Assembly (NCBI RefSeq): GCF_037042905.1
Contig: NC_087250.1
Coordinates: 9,550,001-9,614,000, forward strand
Length of the DNA: 64,000 nt
Reading direction: 5' to 3'
DNA from: Lytechinus pictus
Taxonomy: Eukaryota
The notes below the pieces were generated by a model. It saw only the letters and a list, made by a program, of their open reading frames with translations, was not told where the DNA came from and did not search any database. Positions 13,039 through 26,884 of the stretch are shown piece after piece (the stretch's first letter is position 1; each line of letters opens with the position of its first letter). Made by a program: the position numbers and the translations under genes.

Positions 13039-16000
13039 ATTCTCTGATAAGATGACGCTCTGAAATAGAATTGAAAACAACATAATTAATATACAAATTA
13101 TTTTCAAATAAAGTAATCTTACTCCGAAATAAGAATAGTTTAACTTTACTCTAAATATTGCAAGTATTTGAAAATAAATCCAGGTGGACATTAGTTGTTT
13201 TACGCATTAATCGAATTTTGGATTTACTTTTAAACCTACCAATCTATTTTCAAATCTAAAGGGATTTGAAATTGAATCCTTTGAGATAAAAAAAAATGGA
13301 TTAGTCCCTAACTACAGTCCACATGGATTTATTTTAAATCCCTGCAATCCCATGCACAGATAATCATAAACATGCTCTTCCTCGTACGACTGAAATCAAC
13401 AGTACTCCATGGAAAGAGATTCCCCAAGAGTTGCCACTTGAGATTAACTTTATTTTTTCATATAGGCCTATTTATTTGTTTTCATATATATATACATTGA
13501 TCGTTTGATACCAAACAGAAGTTTCGTATCATAGTTCACATTATTAGCGTAGCCTATATTCAGGAGTAATTTCATACTATTGTAATAATAGCAGGGCCCA
13601 CTGGTAGAACAGTTTTTGGAACTGAAGTGGCTTCCCTGGGTAAATATACCTATATTATTATTATTATATCATTATATTGTCCGATAATTAAGTCACTGAT
13701 ATATTATAAGATGTAATTCCTACCTTTTTTTTCTTCAATTTTTCAATTCAAGTAGACGATTATTTTTCTTGCAATTGGCAATTGTCATATAAAGTATACA
13801 AATCGATACAATAGTAGAAAGATATTGGTTGAATGACAACAATGTACATGGGGGTGAAACAGATCCAGTCATGTTATTCACTGGTACGGAGTGGAAATGC
13901 CAACCAAAGATGTTTATGAATTGGTTAATATTTAACCAGCTAGACGCTGTTTGTGTACATATTGACTCATTGTGCGACAATCTCCGATACACGCTATGGA
14001 CCTCAGATAACTCAAACTGGGATTGCATATCTTTATGAATTAGTATGTTCGGGCAATGATTAATATGAGATAGGAAATGAAATCCGAATAGATACCTATA
14101 TTAATGAATCAATGGAAACTCCAATCCTCAACCTGACCAGATTCCCAACCCACACTCTACGAATCAACATGATCAAGGATTTAAAATAAATCCAGATCGG
14201 CTGTGGATAGTGACCAGCCGAGTGTTGGATTTATTGTAAATCTTTAGGATTAACTTTCAAATCAAAATTCAGATTTATATTGATATCTACAAGGTTTAAA
14301 ACTAAACCTTGTATTCGGCTGGCTACTATTTACAGCCGATCTGGATTTGTTTTAAATCCTTTACTTTAAGAGTGCATGATATAACATTCTGAGCAGTAAA
14401 TCTACGAGCATTATAGGCCCATTCGAATAATAACACACGAATTCAATACTCGATGCATTCATACTGTATATGATACAGAATTACACACACACACAAACGT
14501 CCAGGTCACATTTTTTTACAATTTGCATTAAAGTAATTGATTGACATTACACAAAATAATATATTTGATTAGAATAAAAAATATTAAGTATCATTGAATG
14601 TTTACCTCTTTCTCTTTAATAAAGAATATTAATTTACACAAAACTCATTCAGGTCATATTATACCACCTTGTAATACACTCTAAAAACAATATCATAAAT
14701 CTCTCACCTGCACTTGCACCCACTAGCACACACTTCATTTTTCAATTTCTACTTTTTTCCCGTTCTTTGATGATTCGCGACATTAATTTTTTTTTCTTAC
14801 AGACACAATTAATTTCTTAGGTTTCCATGTAGCCTTCCCTTTTTTGGCTGCTATGCTTCAAGCATATATTTGCTTATATAGTTTGCCTCTGCATTTTACT
14901 TATGAAGCTTTATTTTCTATATTGTATTTATGTCTTTCTTCAGTCACTATATATACGGTTGTCACTTGGTTATGTACTTTATGCTATATTATGATTATGT
15001 CTCACGCATTGTATATTTGTTTTGTATATTATTCCAATAAATGCAGAAAATCCTGCAAAAAAGAACTAATCAGGGGTGCGTTTCATTAACATTTATGTCC
15101 GACAAGTTGTCAGATCTGACAACTTTCCCTGATTCTGATTGGGTGAGAGGTACTATTATTATGGTAATTGTCGGATAAAACAGGACTTGTCGGATAAAAT
15201 CCTTTCATGAAACGCTCCCATGGTCCCTAACCACACTTCTCTCACAGTGAGACAAGGGTCTAGTCTTTTTGGAGAGGGGTTTAATCTTTTGAGAGTGGAT
15301 TTAACTCTTTTTAGAGTGAAAATATAAGAAATACATTATACAGACATTATTCACTCCAGAAGGAGCTTAAATTCACTTTCAAACGATTTGAATCCCACTC
15401 CTAAATGACTGGTCCCTCGTCTCTCTCTGAGAGGAGTGTGGAACCAGATTAGCTATTTTGCATTTAGAGTGCAGAAAATATTTTTAAAACAATCTTACAA
15501 ACAAGGGATAGGGAAATAACAAAGTTATCAGTAAAATCCGTAACGTCATCATGTGTAAGTGTAATTTGTCTTTTTTTTTCTCGCCTTATCTTCTATTCTA
15601 TTCTATCTTCTGTGTTTTTGCATTGTGAGATGATGTGTGGGTGTGTGTGTTTATTTATAACCTTTTTTTACCCGTTATGATATTTGTGTATTTGTAGGGC
15701 CCCGGCTATATTAAGCAGCCTTGCTTCTTAGGGGTCCTGACCATTAAGTCATGTGTAACCTGTTATATTTTGTATTAGTTTGTTTGTATCATGTTATTTT
15801 TGTAAATATTTTGATGTCTTTTTTTTTACGGTCAATAAATTGAATTAAAATTGAAATTTAATTGAAATTGAATTGTTTGTGTCGATTATAGTGATGGTGA
15901 CGATGATAATAATGAGCATTGGCTCTTAAGTGAAAGAGGTTAATTATATTACTTAAAATATTTACATATGTGATGTAATACAACCTTATATATTATGTAA

Positions 16001-16047
16001 CGTAGCCTAGCGTGGCTTAACTTAAAAAAAACCTTAAAAGTACAACG

Positions 16048-16545
16048 TAGAATTTGATACATATTTATTGCTTACATCAAGATTTTATTTTACATGTATT
16101 TTATCTATTTCATTTTCCATTTTTTTGTGTTTGCATTTGTTTCTCTCATTCTGATATTGATTTTGAATATTTTATGATGATCATTTTGAATTTACTGAAA
16201 TTTACATTTGTTGTGAGTGTAATTGTGTTCCTAGAAATGAAATGAAAAAGAAAATCCATTAATTTCATATTGGATTGTAAGGCTACATACGTATGTTTCC
16301 ACAATGCTATGTGAAATTTATATCTATTTATTTAATTATTTCATTTCATTTCCAGGAACACAGTTACGTTCATAACAATGGTAAATTTCAGTATATTCAA
16401 AATGATCATTATATAATATTCAAAATCAATATTATAATGAAAATAAATACGCAAAAAATTGAAAAATGAAATAATAAAAATGAAATACATGTAAATAAAA
16501 TCTTGATATAAGCAATACGTATGTAGCAAATTTAACATTTTACTT
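16048..16545. repeat. AT-rich inverted repeat, ~200-bp arms
   Basis: Arms ~16048-16246 and ~16340-16545 are diverged reverse complements, also visible as similar spurious ORFs on opposite strands. Confidence 0.8.
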
Positions 16546-17602
16546 TTTACCTGTAGTTACGTTTTTAAGTGTTACTTTGTGTTATCATAGTTATGGTGTG
16601 TTATATTATGTTTGCTAATGACTTTAGTTGATTATGAATATATTTTCACTTTGGTAACTCATTTCATATGTACATCTTTAAACTCTCCTACCTGTGTCAG
16701 AAATGTGATCATATCCTATAGGCTCTCTTCTGTTATGTGTTATTCAGTGTATAAACTGCATCTGTAGGGCCTATTGTTATTTTCTACACCGTTTCTTATT
16801 GGTTTCCATACAATAACGTGATGCAACGAACTGCGATAGTATGTTTCTTTATGTAATACCAAATAAATGTTACATTATATTGTGTTATGTTATATATTGT
16901 TACTAGTTAGATTACCCTTACTTGCCTCAGGGATATATATTCACTTTCCCATGTAATCTTGTGGTGTTATCTTGCACCCTATCTGAAAAAAGGGTGCAAA
17001 AACTGTTCTCGTTTTATTATTATTTGCACCAGGAAATGCTTGTGTACATCCTAAAAAGTGCAACTTTTTACCTTTTAAGGGTGCATTATATTTGACATTA
17101 AGGTACAAATTGCACCTTTATTACATGGTAAATCTCTACACCCTATATCGCTAAGTACACCCTTAAACGTGCACAGATTACATGAATTAACGAATTAGTT
17201 TTCAAATACTTTGACCAGTGCAACAATGATTGGTATCAGTTTTTCTTATTATTCAGAAATTGTTATTTTTCGGGGATGGTGGAATTATTTTCCAGCCAGT
17301 GTGATCTTTTTATACCTCATCGCTCAGTTCTCATTGTCTTATTGTTACGTTTCTAGTCATAATATTGATCGATTTTGTTACTTTATTTCTATTCCTCTTC
17401 TTCTTGTTATCTTTTTTATACTTTCTTTCTTCTCTTTCTTTTCTTGTTCTTTCCCTGTTCCCTTCTTTCACTTTTTTTTCATTTCTCTTACTTCTTTTCC
17501 CCTTTTACTTCATCTTGTTTTTCTTCTATTTTATTTTTTTTTTACTTTAATTTTCCCCCTCACTTCTGTTTCTTTCTTATTTTTCTTCTTCTTATATAAA
17601 AT

Positions 17603-17640
<38 letters not shown>

Positions 17641-17712
17641 CACAAATGGTTTAGAAATTGCCGTAGAAATAAAATCGTAGATGCTAAAAGGAGCATAGTT
17701 CTCGAAAACATT

Positions 17713-17780
<68 letters not shown>

Positions 17781-20700
17781 ATAATAATGATAACGATAAT
17801 TACGACGATGATTATGATGTCTAAGATTATAACTGTAGTTGTAATGATGATAAGTAATAATAATGGTAATGATGACAATAAAGAATACATTACCACTGAT
17901 AATTTTAACAATAATCATGTGAAATTATATCATCAAAGTAGTTATGAATATAACTCCACATTCATGAAAGTTTAATTATATACCTTCTATATGATTATAC
18001 ATGCCGTATGTAGAAGCTTTGTTTAAATTTTTTTTTTTTTGGAAATGGGGTGAATTTTGTTGTGGAACCTAATGTAGATATGATTATTGAAATTCATGAC
18101 TTTGTGTAAAAATGATAATGATAAATTATATAAAAGAAATTCCTACATCACACCAGTATAAAAAGCCAATATATCCGTATTGTAAGCAGTATTCCCTCCA
18201 ATATACAGTAGATCTATACATGATGTGGATCTCGAATTGATTTTTTTTTCTGTTACTGTTTAGAAATAATGCACATTTCCTTCATACTAAGAAAACTATC
18301 GCAATTAATTTTACGGTATGCAAAACTTACCACATTTAGTCATATGTTGATGAACAATCCGAAACTGTTGCGATAAATTCCTCAAAAAAAGGATGGCTAT
18401 TTGAGAGCCGAATCTCAAACACACACACAAAAGATGATGCGTTCGTGAAATCGGTTATTGAACATTACCGCGGTCAGGCAACACTTGAAACCTGAAAAGA
18501 TTGTATATTCGTATTGGAAGCAGAACTTCACTACGTGCGGTTTATGCCCTGCAATCGTAGGTCAGGTTAATAAGTAAACTGTTGGGGCCAACGTATTGCT
18601 GGCGGCCGTCTGTTTGGATGAATTTTAAATATTTAAGACGTAGTCAAGTGGACCAACCGACGAACAGAGACTGAAGATTTCGGTCTAGGGCCAACAGAGA
18701 ACAAAAATAAGATTTAAATCGATCTCGTTCCTTGGGAAAACCTTAAAATGAATTTAAACTAAAAGGTTCATGGTGAAAACTCCTCTTGAAAAAAAAACAT
18801 TACTAGTACATGATAATCAAATGAAGTTTCGAATTTTTAGCCTGGTTAAGAATTCTCCAACTTTCTTTTATTTTTCTTTCTATCTGTAGTGGTCAATCAT
18901 TAATTGATTGATTTTATATCTAATTTATTTGTTTTATCATTTATCTATTCTATATATTCATTTCAAATTTGCAATTAATTTTTATTCATCTTTTTTTTGG
19001 GCCGCAGGATTTAGAATGCAACTCAATGTTTGATATACCAGCACCGAGTTCTGAATCCTTCGATGTACCATCTTGACTATATAACGCAGAGTGCAGCACG
19101 ATATGTGTTATAGGCCTACCTCACCCGCCATTTTTGTCTTTTTACCACTGATCATATATGCACACAGATCAATGCTTTTTATTAGCAGCTCAAAGTCTCG
19201 ATTTTGCTGGTTCCAAACCTATTTCTTTCCCCAATATGAATACCACAGCATAGTAAGAAGGTGATGCAAATAGCGGATAAGCGAAAAGAGTCAACAATGA
19301 TTCAGTCCATAACTGTGCGTCTAGATCAAACATATTCCTGATCGATTTCTACTCAACCTTAGAGGGCCATTGTCATATTTACTTTTGATTGGAATGCAAG
19401 TAAATAACAAGTAAAAAAAAGATCGGTCAAATCTTGTGCAAACCACACTGCTGAGATTTTTCTTAATGAAGGAAAACTTATGAGCTAGATAACTTCCAAC
19501 TTTACGAACCATTTTGATGATAATTCCAATTATTAGTCCTGTCTGAATGTTCTCTCTTAACTCATCATGTTGTTGGGATGGGTTTGGCATTCGAAAAGTT
19601 GATTGGTTTCATTACCCTGATACAAATCCAGTCAAACTTTCATTGCACTGTTCACCAGCCTTATATTCCCTTCCAAAAAAATCAGAAGTATACAAATTTG
19701 AATAAATAGCCAGAACGGCTTGGATTATGACGCTGGTATCGAACTTTTGATTCAGATTTGAAGCCTAAAACTTATTTCGGTAGCGGATTCCAAATCTTCA
19801 GACTCCAAACCTCTAAAGATCAAATCTAATCTAGATTTCAACGGCATGGTCATTATAGATTTCTTTAAATTTATATCACACTTTCCTTCATCTGATTCTT
19901 TTATTTTAGTATTTTGATTGTTTTCACACAAGCTATTTTGCTGCGGGGGTTTTATTCACCTTGAAATAATTTATGATAAGCCAGACTAACAACAAATCTA
20001 CACAACAACAAACACTTAGTTGATATGTCTTCATCAATTTATTCATTTACAGTATAAAACTAAAACCTCAAATCTAATTTGCATTTCATTATTTGGCAAG
20101 AAAGGGAAAAATGATTATTCCACATTCTGATCGAATTTGTTCTCCTCACTTCTACAAACTTCCGTAGATGGCGCTATTATACCAGCTAGCATGAGAGCAT
20201 AGTCTTCTGATCGGTTGTCATGTAGGTGTTTCATAAAAGTAATATGTTCGTAAGTTACGAACGATTTTACAAACGACTGGTTATATTTTCTTGTGGTAAA
20301 TTATGTGCACCGAATTCTCAGCTTGCAGCAGTAATTGGGAGGTGAGTGCGTAATTTGGAGGACGTATGGGAATATTATCCAAGAATCTGCACGAGAAATT
20401 ACTGTCTTACTTTAATTTTGCACAAGGAAAGAAACGTCAGTTGATAATCAGAATACAACTAAGCATATTAAAGGGCCAATTTTTATGGCAGTTGGGATAC
20501 ATAACGATAAAAACATATTATAGTAAAAAAAACCGCTGTTTAAAGATTTCATATAACGCTGTTTGCTAATTGAGCTTTGCAGTGGTTGATTAACAGTTTA
20601 AACAAACAAGTGTTAAAAATCGTAAACAGCAGTCTAATTAAATTTTTTTTTTTTTTTAAGTTTAAGCAAAGCTGTTTTCTTTATAGACATTTTTTTTTCG

Positions 20701-21397
20701 TGATAAGCAAGTACTATAAAGTTCATACAGTAAGCATCGTTGTGTGTGTGTGTATGTATTTATAATTATCATCGTTTTTTTTTATCATTGTGCATTTCGA
20801 GTTTCATGCAAATTTATGGCTAAACATGGCTCAACAGGTAATGAAGGTTTATCTGTGTTGGTTGAAAATATATAAAATTTAATCTTTTGCTCACAACAAA
20901 GAAAAATCCGAAAAAAAACCCTCAACATTTTCGGCTACTAAAGGCTGCTGCCTTCTTCAGCGATTACCGAAGTGACCCGATTTGACCGAAAATTTTGAGG
21001 TAATCAAATTCTGCGTTTTTTTCTTCGTGTTGTGATCGAAAGGTTAAATTTTACTTATGGGTCAATAGATTAAAATATATATAAACTCGTTTCATTCCCT
21101 CTATGGATCAATGAAACTTCATAAGTTACCATAATATACAGATAGGATTAAATATAATGAAATGTTGATTCAATCTACAAAGACTCATTCAATATAATCT
21201 ATGGAAGAGGAGTATTGATTCATTAAGATTTCAGATTCCATTCTGTGAATTTCGTTTTTTTTTCTATGAAAAGCTTGATTAAAATAAATGCCGCGTGCAC
21301 TAAAAATGAGTTACCAATGTCTAAGTCTTTCATTCTGAAACGGACCTGTTTTTTACAGTAATCTCTTTTTTAAGAGCAACTAGGAAGAATACAGCAA

Positions 21398-21770
21398 ATA
21401 GAGTACCGATGTGTGACGTCATCAATTTTCACTTTTCATTTCAGCGCTTTTTATACCATATTTTGGTAGAGCATGATGAAACACCCCTAAAACCAAAATT
21501 TGGTGAGAATCGGTCCACGGGATATAACCTCATGAATATATAATTAGCCCCATTGAAGTCAATGTATAAATAATATATTGGCCTGGTAATTTGACTTCAA
21601 TGGGGCTAATTATGTAGGCCTATTCATGAGGTCATATATCAGGCCCCCATGGACCGTTTCTCACCAACTTTTGGTAGTGGGGGTTTTCCACCATGCGTAA
21701 CCAAAGAATGGTATAAAAAACGCTGAAATGCAAAAAAAGGCTTTGTGACGTCATCACTTCGGTACTCTAT
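21398..21770. mobile_element. MITE with atagagtacc TIRs
   Basis: atagagtaccgatgtgtgacgtca / tgacgtcatcacttcggtactctat plus internal inverted arms. Confidence 0.75.
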
Positions 21771-21845
21771 AGCCATGATAAATTTAATATCTCAATTATC
21801 AGTTTAATGACCTAAAATTATGGCAAACAACATTATGTCTCTTAT

Positions 21846-22063
21846 GGGGTGTTGCAAGAAACTTGCGATCAATTGCAAGTAAATTTTTGGTCCCTCAAGC
21901 AATCATATGTCGTGCAGTTAATTGCAAATTAGTGATTGATTGCTAATCTGCTCCTTGAAACAAGAAATTTAATCTTATTTGCTATAACCAATGTTGATCT
22001 ATCAGTTGTAAAATTGCAACAGAATATTTGCGATTGTTCGCAAATGTTTTCTTGCAACACCCC
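21846..22063. mobile_element. Short MITE
   Basis: TIR ggggtgttgcaagaaa / tttcttgcaacacccc. Similar short GGG-ended hairpin elements at ~1443-1593, ~15072-15219, ~24287-24398 and ~35891-36056. Confidence 0.7.
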
Positions 22064-23064
22064 CTTAGACTTCAAAAATGACGACCCCAATAGAGGGCCG
22101 AATACAAATTACGCTGGGAAAGTTTCACGTCCCATCTTCTCTGTGCGCATGCCCAATCCAGAGAGGGGAAGACTATCTTCTTCTTCTTTGGGAATGTTGT
22201 GTGTACTGCGCATGCCCAACGCTCCACATTACAGTGCATGGGAGACTCTCCACATGGCCTGCTACGCACCCGCGTCCAGAAAAAGCGTCGAAAAGGGTCC
22301 CGTTTCAGGCACTCGGGCGGCGTCGACGTCTTTGGCAAAAAGGGTTGCATTTCAGCACCATTCGCTCGTAAATCGCCGATAAGGGTAGCCTTTTCTTTCT
22401 CTCTTCACGCCGTTTAGGGTTGCTAGTTTGGTTATGAAAATTACGCCATTTAGGGGTGCAAATTTGAGGAGACCCGGGAGCAGACATAAACACCATGAAA
22501 GGCGATTTTAAGGGATACAAAATAATCCTCCCACGCGCCGGCGCGGCCAGCGCAGCACTTAGATCATGGACCTATGATGAGAGTTACCCCCGTACAGTTC
22601 TAGATAGTCTCTTACACCTGGCTCTATACTAGGCAGCACGCGTTACCCAAACGCCCACAACATTAATCGATTTTTACGTTTACGCCACTTAGGGTATAAA
22701 ATCAGGGGATTTCCCTGTTCACGCCACTTAGGGTGGCTTTTCTCATGGGTTACGCCGTTTAGGGTTGCAAATTTAGTTAATGTAGTTACGCCGTTTAGGG
22801 TGCATTTCTGAGGTTGTCGGACACGGGCGGGTAGCAGTCCATGTGGAAAGTGACCCCCCCCCCCCCGGGGGGGGGGCAAACGGGCAGGAAGTGCGAAGGT
22901 GTTGAATGCGCGGGGCGCGGGGAGAGAAGATGCCTTTTTTAGTCTTTGCTTTGCTTTCTGTAGATTTGAAGTACGTTTCGCTTGAAAATATCCGTGTTCT
23001 TGATTTCAATGGTTGGGGTGTAAGGGAGTTCAAAGCAGGCCGTAACCGATCGCCTCTTCCAATA

Positions 23065-23271
23065 TCAGTCTCTCAAAATATTCTTTAGCGTTGCTAAACC
23101 GACCAATACGAACGTGAGAATCGGGAATGACGTCACAATTCTGGCTTCGTTACAGAGTGAATCTTGACAACAGGATCGACAGTCTTTATTGAAGCATGAC
23201 GAAGGGCAGTCGGTAGAGGGCTCACATCCGCGGTCTATAACTCTCTCGCCCAAGTAGCCGTACGTTGTTTT
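23065..23271 (-). CDS. Ly6/uPAR-like gene C, terminal exon (KTTYGYLGERVIDRGC...CRSCCQDSLCN + hydrophobic tail)
   Basis: ctctag| acceptor, phase 0, 207 nt to TGA. RGC and CCxxxLCN motifs, hydrophobic tail. Spliced protein is 136 aa. Confidence 0.88.
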   Translation of the reverse strand, partial: KTTYGYLGERVIDRGCEPSTDCPSSCFNKDCRSCCQDSLCNEARIVTSFPILTFVLVGLATLKNILRD

Positions 23272-23765
23272 CTAGAGGTGGAAAAGAAAATCGACATAAG
23301 ATTTTCTTTAAGTTATATAATTGATGCATAGTTAAGTCCGTTTAGTATTAAATCATTTGATAAGTAGGCCCTATTAAATAGGGGCTTCGTTTTGAGGGCC
23401 CTTTTTCAATTTGCGCTAAGGATTTACTCAGTCTCCCAGTCATTTTGGTCTAAGATTATCTATCTTTCTCCCTCTCTCTCTCTATTCATGCTTGTGTTTC
23501 TCTATTACATGTATTAAATTTACTTCATTAGGGTTAACTCCTACTTTTTCGAAAAAAGGGTTTATAAATACACGATTTCCACGTCCAAGGACCAGAACAA
23601 TGATAACAAACAAGAAATATTGTTTCATGAATAAATGTGTATAAAATTTTAAATGTTTTATTTTAATTCATTTACTTATGCATTCATTAATTCATTGTTT
23701 CCTATTACGCCCCCTTACTTGTGTTACATTATTAAATTAATCCAAAATGCATATAGATTACTTAC

Positions 23766-23902
23766 AAAGCAAAGTCCTCTGCATTCTATTTTAGAAACGC
23801 CCTCTGCGTTACCGTTAAATTCAGCGCCGCACTCAACCGTATCCGCCGAAGAGCACGCGTAGCATTCGAAGACACCAGAATAGGAATCTTCAGCTGCTAT
23901 CG
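23766..23902 (-). CDS. Ly6/uPAR-like gene C, second coding exon (AIAAEDSYSGVFECYACSSADTVECGAEFNGNAEGVSKIECRGLCF)
   Basis: ttttcag| acceptor, |gtaagt donor, 137 nt (phase 1 to 0). ECYAC motif, 5 Cys, ends in C-F. Confidence 0.88.
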
Positions 23903-23946
23903 CTGAAAAGAAAATGAAAAAAAAACATTGAACATAGATCTTAACT

Positions 23947-24208
23947 ATAGAGTACGGAAGTGATGACGTCAGTTGCCATGGTGTCATGGCGGCCTGGTTC
24001 AAAAAAATGAACCCGCCGAATGAAAACGTGTGTTTCTCATAATAGGAGAAAATGGCTGCTATCGAAATTTGACCGCTTGCGACCTATTTTCCAGACGAGC
24101 CAAAGTCATACAAATGTGTGGGCCTACAGATGATCGTCAGCTGCGACTCTGTTTAGAACCAGCCCGCCATGACCCCATGGCATCTGACGCCACACTTCGG
24201 TACTCTAT
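23947..24208. mobile_element. MITE with atagagtac TIRs, different interior
   Basis: Same terminal ~25 bp as 21398-21770, located 45 bp from the gene C acceptor. Confidence 0.72.
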
Positions 24209-24709
24209 TGACATCAGCGCACCGCCATCTTAGAGAGTGAAGCCATGATCTGCAGCTGGCGCCTCTCTGACATCTCCATTTCTGTTGAGCCCCTTTCACA
24301 ATTGGTGGTGAAATCATTTGCGATCATTTGGTCACATTATATATTGCACACAATCGCAACGGTTGTAAGCAGTCGCACCACCAATTGTGAAAGGGGCTTT
24401 ACTCCCGGATGAACTCGACAAAGCAAAGCAGCTTTCCCGGTAGCATCGAGGCAAATCTAGTTTCTAACCAATTACATAGGAAATAATTTACGTCTAAATA
24501 GATCTGTCATAGTATCTGACCCTAATATAGACTACGGAAATTATTCCCGGGCCCTTTAGAGACAACGGCCGAGAGGGGATTCGAACTCACAAGCTTAGAA
24601 TCGTGAGCCCAGTGTTCTGACCACTAGACCACGTGCATGACCCACATTTATGCGTATTTTTTTCCTCTGAGGAAGGGCGCTATGAGTTTATGACGTCATT
24701 TAAACTTAA

Positions 24710-25297
24710 AGGGGAATGAAACCTTTGGAATAAGTAGGCTTGTGTCGAAACAGAAAAATCAGCGAATAAGAAGAAAGAAAGTTTGAGAAAAATCGAACAA
24801 ATAATGAGAAAGTTTTGAGCATTTGAATATTGCAATCACTAATGCTATGGAGATCCTCCCTTTGGCAATGCGACAAGGATGTGTGACGTCACATGTGAAC
24901 AACTTTTCCTTTGATGGACTATAAAATACCCTCAAAATGTCTCTTTCTGCTTTTTCTTGTGGTGATACAAACTCTTTATCCATGATGTATTCTTTAAAAA
25001 TCTGTATTATTACATGCCCTCCTACAGAAAGAACACACGATCTACTGATAGATGTGATAAAGGAGGCAATTTAAGTAAAATATATACTAAAGTAATGGGG
25101 AGAATTGTTCACAAGTGACATCACACATCTTTGTCGCATTGCCAATTTGATGATCTCCATAGCAATAGTGATCGCAATATTCAAATGCTCATAACTTTCT
25201 CATTATTTGTCCGATTTTTCTCAAACTTTCGTTGATCTGTTTCTTTGATTTATCTGTTTTCACACAAGCTATCTTGTTCCAAAGGTTTAATTCTCCT
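24710..25297. mobile_element. TTAA-flanked MITE (Kolobok-like)
   Basis: ttaa|aggggaatgaaacctttggaa ... ttccaaaggtttaattctcct|ttaa. Confidence 0.82.
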
Positions 25298-25589
25298 TTA
25301 AGGCCTATAGAAATCTGAGGGCAGGGGCGCCGCCACAAGTTGGAGGGGGCGGGGGGTGGGGTCAGTGGGCTCCCATCGCTATAACTTCCAAGTGAAGAAG
25401 GGAAAATGATAATACAAAGGGTGGAGGAGAAAGGACGAAGAAGAAAATAAAACGGGGAGGTTTGGGCATTGTGATTTAATATTACCCTTAAACTCCAAAT
25501 GAATAAAAATATGACGTCACTTTTCTGTCGCCTTGCCCGTCAATCGTCTATCGCAGCTACTACTTGAATTACTACTGTAATTAGATACC

Positions 25590-26350
<761 letters not shown>

Positions 26351-26884
26351 GATTAGTGCTACCAACATGTCTCATCTGTATCAATAAAAGTCGATTCAAT
26401 GGGATTGCATGCTAAGTTAAAGACTGGACTATTATCAAGATTACAACAATATAAGAACAATTTTGAAGGATTTTTTTTTGTTCGTTCATACCAGTCGGTA
26501 ACTGAGTATCATACCTAGAGATAAGATAAACATGGACTTTGTGATATAATGACATTTTATCTGTCTAGATGTAACGTTTAGATTGAAATAAAACAATGCG
26601 AGTTATATTATGAAGTAACCGCAAGAAAATGTGCTATATTCATAGCTATGTGGAATTAACTTCAATGGATATATAATGGTGAATTGCTGCCAACAAACAC
26701 TCGCAGATATATAACTCTATGGAAAACGTTATTACCTTGGTAATAATATTGACGTAGCTCTGCTACCATGTTATTTAAAAAGTGACAAAGTATATCATAA
26801 TAATTTGCTCTTAAACAGGATCCACTAAAACACTTACTGAATAGATTCTTTTTTAGGTTGTCAGTGAAAGATAATTATTATCAA

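Noticed and set aside
17211..17654. Hydrophobic membrane-protein-like ORF
   Set aside because: T-rich low-complexity sequence running into a (TA)n tract.
19000..19900. Possible decayed transposase or RT
   Set aside because: No recognisable motif in manual translation.
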